DNA of 64,000 nt, taken from Octopus vulgaris (lineage: Eukaryota). Position numbers and translations under genes: made by a program. The first letter of the stretch is position 1. The number at the start of each line of letters is the position of its first letter. The notes below the pieces were generated by a model. It had not been told where the DNA came from, made no database searches, and saw only the letters and a program-made list of their open reading frames with translations. Below are positions 38,961-53,160 of this stretch, piece after piece. The stretch is taken from NCBI GenBank assembly GCA_951406725.2, contig OX597826.1:50778001-50842000 (forward strand), given 5' to 3'.

Positions 38961-40026
38961 TTATGTACACACACTCTGAGATGATGTTGCTATGGGGTTT
39001 TATTTCTATTTTCTCTTTCCGCATCATTGACTCTATTCTATTCTGTAAAAACAACAACAATACAGATAACCTATTTTAATATGTATGACTGTTTCATCGA
39101 AGCCTGCAGCCATTTAAATATTTAGAACGGCCTACAAGGACAGACCAGGCCACACCAGACCAGATCAAACCAGATCAGACAGTAAATACTGGTCGAAAGA
39201 AATATGGAGAAATGCCAGTGTTTACAAAGAATGATTAGAGTTTACGACGTAGCATCGTTATTAAACCTACTGGAAATAGCAGTCAAATCTTGAAACTAAG
39301 GGGGTGCTCTGGACGGCACTGGCCCCCTCACTATTCAATGGTGCGTCCCCAGATTTACAGTGATACACTTTTTTCGAAACTTCACTTTAACATTATTAGT
39401 GTCCACCCGGAATAATCTGAAGCACCCTCAGGCACCGAAGTCTGGCGATGGGCCTCTATTACATACCACCATCGGAAGTAAAGAAGGTCAAATTTAACAA
39501 TGACGTCGTTGTTATAGAAAAGCGCAGAATGGGTACGGCTGGAAGTACTTTGATCATAGGTTTGCTTGATCAGGAACGACCTGGGGTTAAACAACGACAG
39601 TAACAAGATGGAGTATCTGAAGCAGTTATGGGCAAACTGCGGTTTGCTGGACTTTCTAAAATGGCACGTCTAACGAAAAATTATTTTGATTTTTTTTTTT
39701 TTAGTACTGGGGCCCGCCTGATAAACAATCATATCTCATGAGTTCTCTTTTCAAGAAAGGTTGTCCATGCCTGATTTAAAGTGTTACGTCTCTACACTGG
39801 ACATAGTCTGATACTTGTTTCTACTAAACTAAGAACACTACAGAAATAGGACGCAACGTTAGTCTTGTCTTGCAACACTGTAAATCTTGTCCGAATGGAA
39901 CTCTGAGCAAGAAGAGCCAACGAGGAAACCTCTCTGTAAACGATCAAATTTTTAAAATATCTCTCAGCTCTCCATAAACTCACACCATACCATTAGAGAA
40001 AAGGAAGGGGATATTGGGGAATGTAA

Positions 40027-40422
40027 TCTTTATATATAAAAGTAAGGTTGTGTGTCTGTCTCCTACGATTTAGATTCCTAACTACTCCCACATTTTGCGG
40101 TGCAGTTTAACCAAAACCGGGTATCTTATAGTCGTGATTCATATCGAGCCCTTCTGGGCATTAGCGCGCGTCTACGATGAGTCTACGATTTTAAAAATAA
40201 TTTACCATCATTTTTTTCCATTTTAATACATTTTTTCGCAATTATATAAGGGAAGTAACTCTCTAAAAATGTCTACGATAAGTCAACGATTTAAAAAAAA
40301 ATTACCATCATTTGTTTTCCATTTTTAATGCATTTTTTTGCTATTTTTTGGCTATAACTCTCTAAAAATGCTTTATAGTTATTTCCCTTACAAACCCGAG
40401 CAACGCCGGGCGATACTGCTAA
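40027..40422 (+). mobile_element. Non-autonomous Helitron, second copy
   Basis: Near-identical to 26163-26562; 5' TC, 3' CTAA, A|T target. Confidence 0.9.
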
Positions 40423-40814
40423 TCGTTAATATATAAAGACAATGAGATTGCCATGGCTACATAGAACGCCTTCTTTATTATTGGTTTGCGTTGACGAAGA
40501 TAGGGAGGGAGGCTGGGCTGTGTCTGTGATCTTTGTAGGACCTTGGAGACTGATGTCATTGATACGGTTAATGTTACTGTTGAGCAGGTTTATGTGCACG
40601 ACACCAGGAAGAACATATGGCGAAGAGGAAATTCAAAATGATCGATGTTATGGATGGAGGAAGTGGACGTAGAGCTTAGTGTGTGTTCCGGGGTTGGTGG
40701 AAACTATATTGGTGACGAGAGGAGAGAGACAGGTGAGTTGAGAATGGATGGATGGATGAATAGAGATAGCACTAGAGCGGCCTGCCCTGAGGAGTAGAGG
40801 CCATTAGAGAAGGG

Positions 40815-40869
<55 letters not shown>

Positions 40870-40899
40870 ACAGACAGAGGTCGGAGTGTGTTGGTGAGC

Positions 40900-41250
40900 G
40901 GGTTCATGCCAGTCAATCAGGTTGCTTTTTGTTTGTTTAGGTCCCTGGATGTCTGTATGTGTACAGGAAGCACCGTCTCTGATTCTGTGGTCACTATTCT
41001 ATTGAGTTTTTCAACTGAGTTTTGGCGAAGATTAATAATTTCTGATTTACGGAGATGTACTCGCATAGCAAGTGATTTGATCTGAGATCGTGTGCTGGAA
41101 CGAAAACAATTGCAGCGTGGAAGGTGTTTGTAAGCCATTTAAGAAACACACAAAAGCCGTTCGATTCACTTCAACATTTAAGTTTAATTTGTCAAAATAT
41201 TTTCGTCGCTAAAATCCGCGACCGTTCACTGACAAAAATCCGTGCTGCAT
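40900..41250 (-). mobile_element. Probable 5' end of a PLE: hammerhead followed by an ORF start (MAYKHLPRCNCFRSSTR...)
   Basis: Hammerhead 41188-41236 lies about 50 nt upstream of the ATG at 41138 of ORF 40917-41138. The PLE assignment is inferred from this layout. Confidence 0.45.
41188..41236 (-). ncRNA. Type I hammerhead variant with swapped 3-8 pair (G3/C8)
   Basis: Minus strand: UUUGUCA-GUGAACG-GUCGC-GGAUUUUA-GCGAC-GAA-AAUAUU-U|UGACAAA. 7-bp stem I, 5-bp stem II, palindromic stem III. Confidence 0.65.
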
Positions 41251-42439
41251 CTGAGATAGTAATAGTTAGTTCGTCATATATATGTACGTATGTATGTGTG
41301 TATGTATGTATACACGCATGTATGCATGCATGCATGTATGTACGTACATACGCCTGTGTGTACGTATGTATGTATATATGTAAGTATGTGTGTGTATATG
41401 CACGCACATACACACTATAAACTTAAAGCTATAAACCTGTAGTGATGGATAGATATAGACTGACCACTCATCACAATAATATCAAATTTCAACCTTCCCC
41501 GCCGAAACTAGGAAGTGATTTACGACCCTCACCCCTAAAACAAAACTCTAAAACTCTAATAATTTCTGCTTGAAGAAATATTTTCTGGTTCTACGGAAGA
41601 ATATCAGTTTTTGTTATACAATCTTTTCTGTTTGGCGAAAGACTGTATAACATGTCTTGGGTATAAGTCTACTCGCTCAAGGCTGACCGGGGGTTGTAGG
41701 CTTACACCACGTCCTAGTTTGATATCACTACCTGACACATAGATGTCTTGAGCGGAGGTCACTTTGTTGTAAGCATTTGGGGCTTGGTATCCGCTTCAAG
41801 GACGACCTCCTCCCATCCAATAAATCATAGAAAACACAGATAAAGATAATGAGTGCTCTCTTCTTCGACTGTGCCAAATACCAGATCTTAAAACACCAAA
41901 AAGAAAACAAGGAAACTAGCAATTTTCTCAGCAATAATCTCCATGAAAATAAACTATTGAATCACATTAAACGGATATAAATAACCAAACGGCTTTAACT
42001 TTGGTACGATGTCACGCATTTTGGAAGAGGGCCACGCATGGATATTAAATCGAACCCGTACAATTACCAGAAATAGAAAAAAATGATCGATCGATGTTAA
42101 AGGTGAAGACAAGTTTAATCACATATGATTAGCTGGTAACAGAAGATAAAAACACCGGATAGACATGGGAAGACAGAACCCTTAAAGAAAATAGAGTAAA
42201 CTTTACACTGAAAAAAAAAATCGATTGTCTGCTTTTGGGCAATATCAACAATAATTTTCTTTTTTTTTTAAGCTTTATTCATCGATATGATTTCTACTCT
42301 CGACTGAACACCAGTGATCATACAAAGGTAAAAATAAAGGGGGAGATAACTAATAAACGGGACATAAATAAGTCAGCTTATTGTTAAACAACATAAACAT
42401 TGTATATAGCAACCAAAAAGTGAACAGATGTCTCTATTG

Positions 42440-42800
42440 AATTACGCCATATGAATTCGTGTAAATAGGACACAAGCAATTCATCTGATGTTTCAAATTG
42501 ACATCGTAATTTCCGTTTAACACGTATTCACATATTTTCAACATTTTATGTGTGAACGTCCTTATTTGTTGGATCGACGAAATTTTCTTGATGTACAATC
42601 ACTTCGTGAGTGTACACACCACCATTTAGGCTTCCATTGTTGTCAGGATCGCCAGCCATCACTCACTATATGACTCCCCGATAGAATCCATCGTTCAATC
42701 AGGGCAGATAAAGTCTGCTCAGTACGATCAGGTACTTCAACTAAGAAACATTTTTTTGAAACTCTTTCTATACCACCGAATACCCAATGGCCATGAAAAA
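42440..42800 (-). pseudogene. Merlin (ISXO2/IS1016-like) DDE transposase remnant
   Basis: GHWVFGGIERVSKKCFLVEVPDRTEQTL...IVSDGWRS, then frameshifted VHQENFVDP..KDVHT*NVENM*IRVKRKL...SYLHEFIWRN. Confidence 0.85.
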
Positions 42801-42980
42801 TCTTGTCTCGTGATTCGGCTAATTGAGTGATATTCCAAAATTCCTCCAAGATTGATTCGCAGTTGAGGATTTCAAGTTCAGGAACAATGAATTGCGGTGC
42901 CGCTGGTCTTCCACGAGTCATTCCGATCGATTCCAAAGTAAAGAATGATGGAACATATTTCTGTGTAAGTAAAGAATGAG

Positions 42981-43274
42981 TGGAGACACATGGCCTAGTG
43001 GTTAGAGCAGCGGACTCATGATCGACAGATCGCGAGTTCGAGTCTCAGACTGGGCGATGTGTGTGTTTTTGAGGGAACCACCTAAGCTCCACGCGGATCC
43101 GACAGAAGGTAATGGTGAACTTCTGCTGATTCTTTCGCCACAACTTTCTTTCACTTTTTCCTCCTGCATCTAGCGGCGGACCGGCGTCCCGTCCAGGTGG
43201 GGAACCTATAGGCCAATAAAATCGGGTAAGCGACCCTTATGAGTCAGCCATGGCTCGAGAAGGAACAAAACAAC
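42981..43274 (+). mobile_element. tRNA-derived SINE (family B) with 10-bp TSD
   Basis: Homologous to 1248-1547; TSD aaagaatgag at 42971-42980 and 43275-43284. Confidence 0.85.
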
Positions 43275-43403
43275 AAAGAATGAGGACTTTCCTTCTTTTA
43301 TTACTAATCTCACCCTTAATTTTTATTTACTCTTTTTACATCTCTTGACAGCTAAATCTACAAGTTTTTTTCCCCATTCTCTCTCTTTAATTTCTCTTAT
43401 TCC

Positions 43404-43437
43404 TTTCAGTTGAAGAGCGTAGGCTCGATACGTAAAA
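43404..43437 (+). ncRNA. Degenerate copy of the minimal hammerhead variant
   Basis: UUU-CAGUUGA-A-GAGC-GUAG-GCUC-GAUA-CGUA-AAA; two core substitutions relative to the 2487-2524 copy. Confidence 0.5.
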
Positions 43438-43519
43438 AACATTTTCCTTTTTCCGAGCATCAAACTTGCTTGCTGTTCATACACCTGACTTCGTCTTTTG
43501 TTTTTCTATGAATTTCAGC

Positions 43520-43598
<79 letters not shown>

Positions 43599-43720
43599 CA
43601 TGCACACATACACATATATCTTGATTCTTCATTAAGTATATGCTGCAGTGAAGAAGGACCGAGACATCGAAGCGTACTTAAGCAGATGCTTAAAAATAAT
43701 ACACATCCTCGTAAGTTTAC

Positions 43721-43796
<76 letters not shown>

Positions 43797-43909
43797 TATA
43801 CTATACGAACACACACATATATCTGTATATAGGATGTTTTTACATACATTTTTTAGATAAATGGTTCCCAAGTACACTTAATTGTTTTTTAGACAGATTT
43901 CTAATTACT

Positions 43910-43941
<32 letters not shown>

Positions 43942-44628
43942 ACACACACACTCACACACACAAATTCATTCGTGTATACATGAGCAGAAACATACGGATA
44001 AACGTACATGCACGCTTACACACACATATACCCACAAACATACATAAATGAGCATATAAATAGATGCTCCGATTAATTAATTTAGGTAATTTCTTTAATT
44101 AGTAAACAGCAATGTGATTCCGTGTTTTGCCTTGACTTCTGGATAATTGGAACAACCAAAGAATAGCACCAAAGTGTTTTGTTTATCCGATATTTATCAA
44201 TTAACCGAAATAAAATGGAAAAAAGGTAAAAAGGTAAGCACACGCGTGTGCATATTTATGTATGTATGTATGTAGATGTATGTATATTTGTATGTATGCA
44301 TGTATATGTGCATATATGTATGCATGTATATCTATATTTGTATGCTTGTATGCATGTATATATATATATGTTTGTATATGCGCATGTAAGCATGTCAAAC
44401 TATTCAATATGCGTGCGTTCACACATGTATGTATACGTACAAGTATGCATGAATATATATATTAAATTGCAAAGAAAGTCTTGCCACATTTTAACTTAAT
44501 CACTTTGGGAGTACTTTTTCAATACTTCCGATAAAATAGGCATTAATTTTTATATTCTAGTGTATTTTTTTAATTGAAGTTTACTTTATTCCGTAGTCTT
44601 TAAATTCGTTCGATTTTACGCTTATAAA

Positions 44629-46020
44629 ATGAGTTTAGATCAGACTCTTATCATACACCGCAAGCTGTATGAATTCAAAAGAGGCTCTTAGGCAATGGAA
44701 ACAGCAAGAAATATTTCTTCTCTCTACGGAAACGAAGCTTCAAGCGTCCCGGACTTGCCAATGATGGTTTGACCAGTGCCGGGTAATTTTTTCTCTCGTA
44801 CACTCCCCTTGATCTCGACAGCCAAGTTCTTTCAATACTGAACTTCTGAAAACCGTAGCTGAAGAAAATCTGAAGCAAACAGCACGAGAATTAGCAAAAC
44901 AGTTTAAATCACACTTCGATCTTATAACGCATTCATGAACTAGGGAAGGTATCTAAACTTGGTCAATGGGACTCTCATTAGCTTCATCAAAGAGTTGCCC
45001 TCTGCTAGTTATTGAAGAGTAGGCTTGTTACAGATCTTCTCTTATGTAGAATAATCACAAGTGATGAAAAGTGCGTCCTCTATTATCATATCCAACGAAA
45101 ACGACAATGATTAGCTTCGAATGAAAAAGGAGAGTCCATCCCCAAACCAGGGCTTAACTCGGCAAACGTATGCTCTGTGTTTGATGGGATATGAAAGGTG
45201 TCATCTATAATGAAGTGTTAAACCAAAACGAAACAGTTGATGCGGAGAAATATTGTCAGCAATTGGGAAGTATTGTAGAAAAATCTGCAGAAAGAGGCCC
45301 ATGATTGGTCAATTCTAAAGGGGTGCTGTTCTTACACGATAATGCAAGGCCACATATTGCCCCTGTCACTCTTGATTATAGTACTAAACATGGACGCTTT
45401 GCCTCATCCTCCTTACTCTCCTCACCTCGCTCCATCTGACCATCATCTTTCAATTCATTCCAACATTATTTAGAATGAAAAAAGGTTCATTATAAAGGGG
45501 TTAAAAATAAAACTAAGCGTTTCTTTACTCTTTACTCTTTTACTCTTTTACTTGTTTCAGTCATTTTGACTGCGGCCATGCTGGAGCACTGCCTTTAGTC
45601 GAGCAAATCGACCCCGGGACTTATTCTTTGTAAGCCTAGTATCAGTTTCTTTTGCTGGACCACTAAGTTACGGGGACATAGACACACCAACATCAGTTGT
45701 CAAGCAATAGTAGGGGGACAAACAAACAAACACATGCACACACACATACATATATATATATATACATATATACGACAGGCTTCTTTCAGTTTCCGTCTAC
45801 CAAATCCACTCACAAGGCATTGGTCGGTCCGGGGCTATAGCAGAAGACACTTGCCCAAGATGCCACGCAGTGGGACTGAACCCGGAACCATGTGGCTGGT
45901 AAGCAAGCTACTTACCACACAGCCACTCCTGCGCCTATGTTTCGAAATCTGAAAAAATTTACGCTCGAAGGATCAACAATTTGTCAAATCGATGAGATCA
46001 TGTTATCAATGTTTAGGGGA
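44629..46020 (+). mobile_element. Decayed near-full-length mariner transposase
   Basis: LGKVSKLGQW, IITSDEKCVLY, MLCV*WDMKGVIY, FLHDNARPHIA, LPHPPYSPHLAPSDHHL; many stops and frameshifts. Confidence 0.85.
45523..45935 (-). mobile_element. SINE family A inserted in a mariner 3' region
   Basis: Full-length reverse copy; mariner coding sequence resumes after it. Confidence 0.85.
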
Positions 46021-46085
46021 AACACGGTGGTGAGTTGGCAGAACCGGTATCACGCCTGGTAAAATGTTAAGCGGCATTTCGTCCG

Positions 46086-46716
46086 GCTACAGAGACAATG
46101 AGCTTGCTTCAGTAAGCTTACGGCGATGAAGCAATGAGTCGTACGCAATATTTCGAGTTGTAGGGGCGCTTCAAAAGCAGAAGAACCTCACTGAAAGACG
46201 ATGAGCCATTTGGAAGAACTGCCACGAGCATCACCCCAGAAAATGTGGAGAAAATTCATCAGCTTGTACAGAGGACCATCAACGAGAGAGCATTTGAGGG
46301 AGGACATTCAGCGAAAGCAACCGGGTCTGTGGAGTGCGAAGAACTGGATTCTTCAAGACGACAATGTGCCCTGACACCGAGCTCTCCTCACTCGTGAGTT
46401 TCTCACCAAAAACGACATGATATTACTTCCACATCCGCTCTATTCGTCATATTTAGTACCTACAGACTTCCATATTTTCCCCAGGATGAAAATACAGCTC
46501 AAAGGTCGCCGTTTTAACACTGTTGTCGAGATCCAGAGCGAATCACAGAAAGTCCTCGACTCACTTACGGAAAACGACTTCCAGGGCGGATACCAAAAGT
46601 GACAGGAACGCTGGGACTGGTGACTATTTCGAAGGAGATGATGTTAAAAACTTAGGTAAAGAACTTATTTTTTTTATTAAACGTAACAAGCCCGGGAACA
46701 TTTTGATATCACTTCG
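46086..46716 (+). mobile_element. Internally deleted mariner (irritans-like)
   Basis: AYGDEAMSRTQYFE, WILQDDNVP, LPHPLYSSYLVPTDFHIFPRMK..LKGRRF, GDYFEGD; right end ttttgatatcacttcg|TA. Confidence 0.85.
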
Positions 46717-46802
46717 TATGTATGTATGTATGTATGTATGTATGTATGTATGTATGTATGTATGTATGTATGTATGTATGTATGTATGTATGTATGTATG
46801 TA

Positions 46803-46851
<49 letters not shown>

Positions 46852-47370
46852 ATGTATGTATGTGTGTGTGTATGTATGTATGCATGCATGCATGCATGTA
46901 TATATGTATGTATGCATGTATGCATGCGTGTATGTATATATCTATGTCTTATGTATGTATGTATGTATGTGTGTGTGTGTGTATGTATGCATGTATGTAT
47001 GTATGTATGTATGCATGCATGTATGTATGTATGCATGCATGCATGCATGTATGTATGTATGTATGTATGTATGTATGTATGTATGTATGTGTGTATGTAT
47101 GTATGTGTGTGTATGTATGTATGTATGTGTGTGTGTATGTATGTATGTATGTATGTATGTATGTATGTATGTATGTATGTATGTATGTATGTATGTATGT
47201 ATGTATGTATGTATGTGTGTGTGTGTGTGTGTTTATGTATGTATGTATGTATGTATGTATGTATGTATGTATGTATGTATGTATGCATGTATGTATGTAT
47301 GTATGTATGTATGTATGTGTGTATGTGTGTATGCATGTATGTATGTATGTGTGTGTGTATGTGTTTATGT
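46717..47370. repeat. (TATG)n/(TG)n compound microsatellite; similar tracts at 48094-48555 and 48690-49020
   Basis: Direct reading. Confidence 0.95.
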
Positions 47371-47386
47371 ATATAGTATTCTTATA

Positions 47387-47608
47387 TTCTTTTACTTTTT
47401 TCAGTCATTTGACTGCAGCCACGATGGAGCACCGCCTTTAATTGAACAAATCGACCCCAGGAGTTATTCTTTGTAAACCTAGTACTTATTCTATCGGTCG
47501 TTATTGCCGAACCGCTAAGTTACGGGGACGTAAATACAGCAACATTGGTTGTTAAGCGACCATGGTGGGACAAACACTGACACACAAATACACACACACA
47601 CACACACA

Positions 47609-47649
<41 letters not shown>

Positions 47650-47829
47650 GCACACATATATATATACGACGGGCTTCTTTCTGTTTCCGTCTGCCAAATC
47701 TACTCACAAGGCTTTGGTCGGTCCGAGGCTATAATAGAAGACACATGCCCAAGGTGCTACTCTGTGGGATTGAACCAGGAACCACGTGGTTGGGAAGCAA
47801 GCTTCTCACCACACAGCCATTCCTGCACC
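47387..47829 (-). mobile_element. SINE family A
   Basis: Full-length reverse copy. Confidence 0.8.
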
Positions 47830-48270
47830 TATAATTAAAACTGTAATTAAAATTTATACCAGTAATTATTGGTGTACTTTGGCTATGTTGCTAAATGTTT
47901 AAATGGCAATCTCAAAATATTGGGGGATTTTTGAGCAAAGAAAGTGATTAGTTAATTAATACACACTTAAATTCCAGTGATATGGGGTTGTGTCCATTTT
48001 ACAGAATCCATACTGTTTTTAAGCCTAAAAACTCCAAAAATTAGCAAATGATAGCATATATACATATTAGGTTGGAAAGAAAGTCCTGACGCGTGTATGT
48101 ATGTATGTATGTATGTATGTATGTATGTATGTATGTATGTATGTATGTATGTATGTATGTCTTATGTATGTATGTATGTATGTATGTATGTATGTATGCA
48201 TACATGTGTGTATGTGTGTATGTATGTATGTATGTATGTATGTATATATGAATGTATGTATGTATGTATG

Positions 48271-48303
<33 letters not shown>

Positions 48304-48782
48304 CTTATGTATGTATGTATGTATGTATGCACGAATGTATGTATGTATGTATGTATGTTTGTATGTACGATTGTATGTATGTATGTATGTATGTATGTAC
48401 GAATGTATGTATGTATGTATGTATGTATGTACGATTGTATGTATGTATGTATGTATGTATGTATGTATGTATGTATGTACGTATGCACGAATGTATGTAT
48501 GTATGTACGAATGCATGTATGTATGTATGTATGTATGTATGCATGTATGTATGTATTCGGCAAGAAGAGCATTGTCTCTATCCTAGAGCAGTCTTTGCTA
48601 CAGTTGGCAATGTATATTGTTTTAGTAACAGCGTCATGTCACGATGGGAGGTAGTGCCTTGATGACATTTTTGGACAGTTCTGATCACGTGTTCTGTGTG
48701 TGTGTGTATGTGTGTGTGTACACATATACTCACACATACATGTATACATATATATTATGCGTGTGTACATGTGTGTGTATGC

Positions 48783-48813
<31 letters not shown>

Positions 48814-49379
48814 TGTATGTATGTATGTATGTATGTATGTATGAATGTATGTGTATGTATGTGTGTATGTATATGTATGAATGTATGTATGTATGTATGT
48901 ATGTATGTATGTATGTATGTATATGTTTGTATGTATGTATGTACGTACGAATGCTGTGTGTGTGTTTGTGTGTGTGTGCATGTGTTTCTGTGTTTCTGTG
49001 TTTGTGTGTGTATGTGTGTGTAAACATTATGTTCGTAAACACGTTTGATTTCTTCAATCTGTACCAACTATTGGTTCATGACACGTAACAGAATGTACAA
49101 AGTCTAAGAGTAATAGTTGATCATTCTATTGTTTTTCTGGCCTTTGTTTATCTTTATACCATACCCATATACACGTGATTATACGCATGTAAACACACAC
49201 GACATACCATATGCATATGTATGTATACATACATATTATTTAAATATGTATGTATATATATATATATGTTTTATATACGTAGCTAAATTTATGTATGTGT
49301 GTAAGTGAAAGTACATATATATACACAAACACACACACGTGTACATATATGAGTATAAATACACATATATATGCATATA

Positions 49380-49497
<118 letters not shown>

Positions 49498-49532
49498 CGA
49501 AAATATAAAAGCTCACGAGGCTCGGCGGAGTG

Positions 49533-49580
<48 letters not shown>

Positions 49581-49714
49581 TATATGCATATATATGTGTG
49601 TGTGCATATATATATATGTATGCAAGTATATATATATATTATATATTATATATATTCTTTTATTCTTTTATATGTTTCAGTCCATTACTGTGGCCATGCT
49701 GGAGCACCGCCATT

Positions 49715-50615
49715 GTAATCATCTTTCCACTTTCCACCTTTGTCGGAGCGGCTTCTGGTGAAGGATGGAGTTCGATGCTACTGCCCTCTTTTGAGTTTCT
49801 TGCTTAGATATTGGCTCATCCGGGATCTCGGCGAGCCAGAGGTCAAGTTCACGTTTGAAAACGTCTACATCCACCCCCATGGAGGCTCCTCAGATGCTTC
49901 GGCAGACAGTTAAACAGTTGTGGGCCCTTGAAACCCAAGCTATTGCCGTACATCGTCCTTGCCCGAGATGAAGCAGTCGGCACCATGGGGACAGCACAGT
50001 GACGTCCTGTTCGTGGTCTGGTATAGCTCTTTTATTCCAAAGTTTGGCACCAGTCCTTCCAGTGTCTTCCATATATATATATCACTGCATACCTCTCCCG
50101 CCTTCGTTCCAGGAAATAGAGTCGTAGCTCTTTCAATCTGTCCCAGTTGCTCAGTTGTTCCATCGATGCAATTTTCTTTGTGTACTCCAACGAGATTACA
50201 CAAAGAATGCTTCAAGCTCTGTTATCGTCCTTGTAGTATAAGGTGACCATAGCTGAGAGCAGTAGTCCAGTCGGCTGAGGATAAATGACTTCCATAGTGT
50301 CATCATAGTTTCTTGGTCCCTTGTCCGGAAGGTTCTCAGAATCCAACCGGCCAGTCTTCTGGATACTGCTACCATTTTGTTGATATGTGTGTGAAATGAA
50401 GCATTGTTGCTCATTTCTATTCCAAGATCACGCACCGTATTTGATTCTGGGATCGTTGCCCCACCTGGTCCAACGTACTGATGTCGTGATTCCTGAGCAG
50501 TGCTTAACTGGTAGCGGAGGGCCTGAAATTTACTTGAATTAAATTGCATGTTGTTATCCTCAGCCCATGTGTAGATGGCATCCAGATCTTTCTGCAAGAC
50601 CGTAGCATCAGAGGT
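49715..50615 (-). mobile_element. CR1-clade LINE 3' fragment
   Basis: QKDLDAIYTWAEDNNMQFNSSK, VRDLGI, GWILRTFRTRD, ILSRLDYCSQLWSPY, IYIWKTLEGLVPN. Confidence 0.9.
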
Positions 50616-50619
50616 TTCC

Positions 50620-51075
50620 TATGGGATATTGAGATCTATGAGATAGGGAGACAGTTGAACACTGTAGACCAGATATCAATATAAATGATATGGGGAAAAA
50701 GTGTATACCTTATAACAGAAACTGCAAATCCTTCATACAAAAGCATTTCAGAAAAGGAAGTGGAAATAATCTCGAAATATGCTGATTTACAAATAGAATT
50801 ATCAAGAATGTTAGGATTCACAGAAGTAAAAGTGAAAGTTCTACCAGTTATTATTGGAATATTAGGTTCAATCACCCCACTCCAAAAATATCTGATATGG
50901 TTGGACATCGCGACAGATATGCAAATACTTCAAAGAACCCTGTTCTTTATGGTGAAGCTCATATTCTTAGAAAGATACTTTCTATTTAAAGCCATTTGTT
51001 AAGGATTCACAGTTGTTTAGGAAACAACATAACAAAAGTCAGTATTTTTTTTTTATTCATACCGTACAATGAAGT
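50620..51075 (+). mobile_element. R4/Dong-type non-LTR element 3' fragment (restriction-like endonuclease)
   Basis: RPDINI...ANPSYKSISEKEVEIISKYADLQIELSRM...VLPVIIGILGSI, ending next to an AAT/GAT tract. Confidence 0.75.
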
Positions 51076-51505
51076 ATAATAATGATGACGTTGGTGATAA
51101 TAGTTTCAAATTTTGGTACGACCTGTAATTTTCGGGGGAGTGGGTAAAATCGACTGCATCAACCCTTGTGATCAACTGGTGCTTATTTTATCGATCCCAA
51201 AAGGATGAAAGTCAAAGTCGGCCTCGGCGGTATTTGAACTCAAAGCGTAAAGATGTACGAAATGCCACTACGCATTTCGCCTGACGTGTTAAGGATTCTG
51301 CCACCTTCCAACGTCTCGGAATAAATGGCTAGCGGTGTTTCTTCCGCTTCATTACGTCATGAGTTCAAATTCCACCGAGGTCGACTTTGCCTTTCATCAT
51401 TTCAGGGTCCATAAAATAAGTACCAGTCATGAATTGGAGTCGATGTAATCGATGGACGCTCCCATCATCTCAAATTTCAGGCCCCTTGTGCCTGTAGTAC
51501 AAAGA

Positions 51506-51609
<104 letters not shown>

Positions 51610-53051
51610 CGTTGTTGTTGTTAAGCAACAAGACGGGTAAGAGTGATTAGGTGATGGTCTAGGGCTTAGGGGCGGGAGACCCCAGACCTTGAAAAAATAA
51701 ACAACTTTGGTCGTCTTGTTGTAGTCGAGGGCTCTTCGTTGACACCACTGGGAGGTGGCCCTCGAAGTCGCTGGAAATGGAGATCTCCAGGTCCAAATTC
51801 TTGGACGGCTGCTGCTGCAGAATGCTACTACTGCTAATAATAAAGTAAAAGTGAAGCAAAACTGAATGTCCCCTGTTTTCAAGTGTCACCGTAACTCTTT
51901 TATGATGCAACTGATTTAGGCTTAACATAGGTACTCAGATCGTTATATCACTTTACAAAGCGGTTCAGCTCTGTAATGACCAGGATGACAACATTCAATA
52001 TTGGAAAACTTAGCTGGGAAAATCTTAGTCTGTTAGCTTAAAATGATTGATGTCAGTAAAGAGAGGCAAGAGGTTAAAAACACATAGGAGACAGATTTTA
52101 TGGAACCACCTGTCGATGTCGTCTGGAATTTGTCCAAAGTCTCCAAGCAGTTTAAGATGTTATCTCAGATATATTTAGTATACATTCCACATGTTATCTG
52201 TAACTCTTGGCTTGTTGGAGTTAATCTCTTTAGAAAAAGAAATTAGAAATGTTATCTGGCGCACGTTTATCTAATCTGAAGTGGAATAACGAACTTCATG
52301 CAATGTTGAGCTGATTAACGGAAAGAGAAGAGTATACACGATGTGCTTAAACTTGTATACTTTAGAACTGTATGATTGTATAGTTTAAAGTATGATATAC
52401 AGAAGGTAACTTTTAATTTAAACTGCATTATTGTTATCTTTCTTATATGGTTTATATGAATATTGAGTAATATTTTTATGAAATGAAATCAGCCGCTGAA
52501 AATGTGCTTGATACACGTGAAACACTAAATTTGCTGAAAGGTCGAAATGAAAATGAATGTACAAACACACATGCTCACACATACTTGTATACATACAAAC
52601 CTCTCTCTCCCTCTCTCACGCACACACACATTAAGTCAAAAACTGGAATCATCTTTATTTGATTACGGTCGTTTCAACATGACATAGGAAATACATTTCA
52701 TGAATATAAATAGTGCTTTCAAACTTCGGCATAAGGCCAGCAATTTCGAGGTTAGGGGTAAAGTCATATACATCGGCTTCCAAAGGAACGAAGGGTAAAG
52801 TCGACCCCTGACAGAATTTGAACCCAGAACATAAAGGACGAAATGCTGGTAAGAATTTTACCCGGTGTGCTTCCGATTCTACCAACTCGCCGCCCTCATC
52901 AATAAAAAATATTAATATGACCATAAATGATTTCATAATATTCCAATAGTATATTGTTAACGATGTAAACTATGTGCAAGTTTCATTTTTCATTTCAGCA
53001 GGAGTGCTTATGGAAACATATAAAACACACGTTTGTGTGTGTGTATGTATG

Positions 53052-53108
<57 letters not shown>

Positions 53109-53160
53109 GCTCATCCACCCACACTCAGAGCAGGTGTAGTTGTGTGGTAAGAAGTTTACT

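Noticed and set aside
43640-43690. GUGAAGAAGG...UCGAAGCGUAC hammerhead-like relic
   Set aside because: Too many core and stem mismatches.
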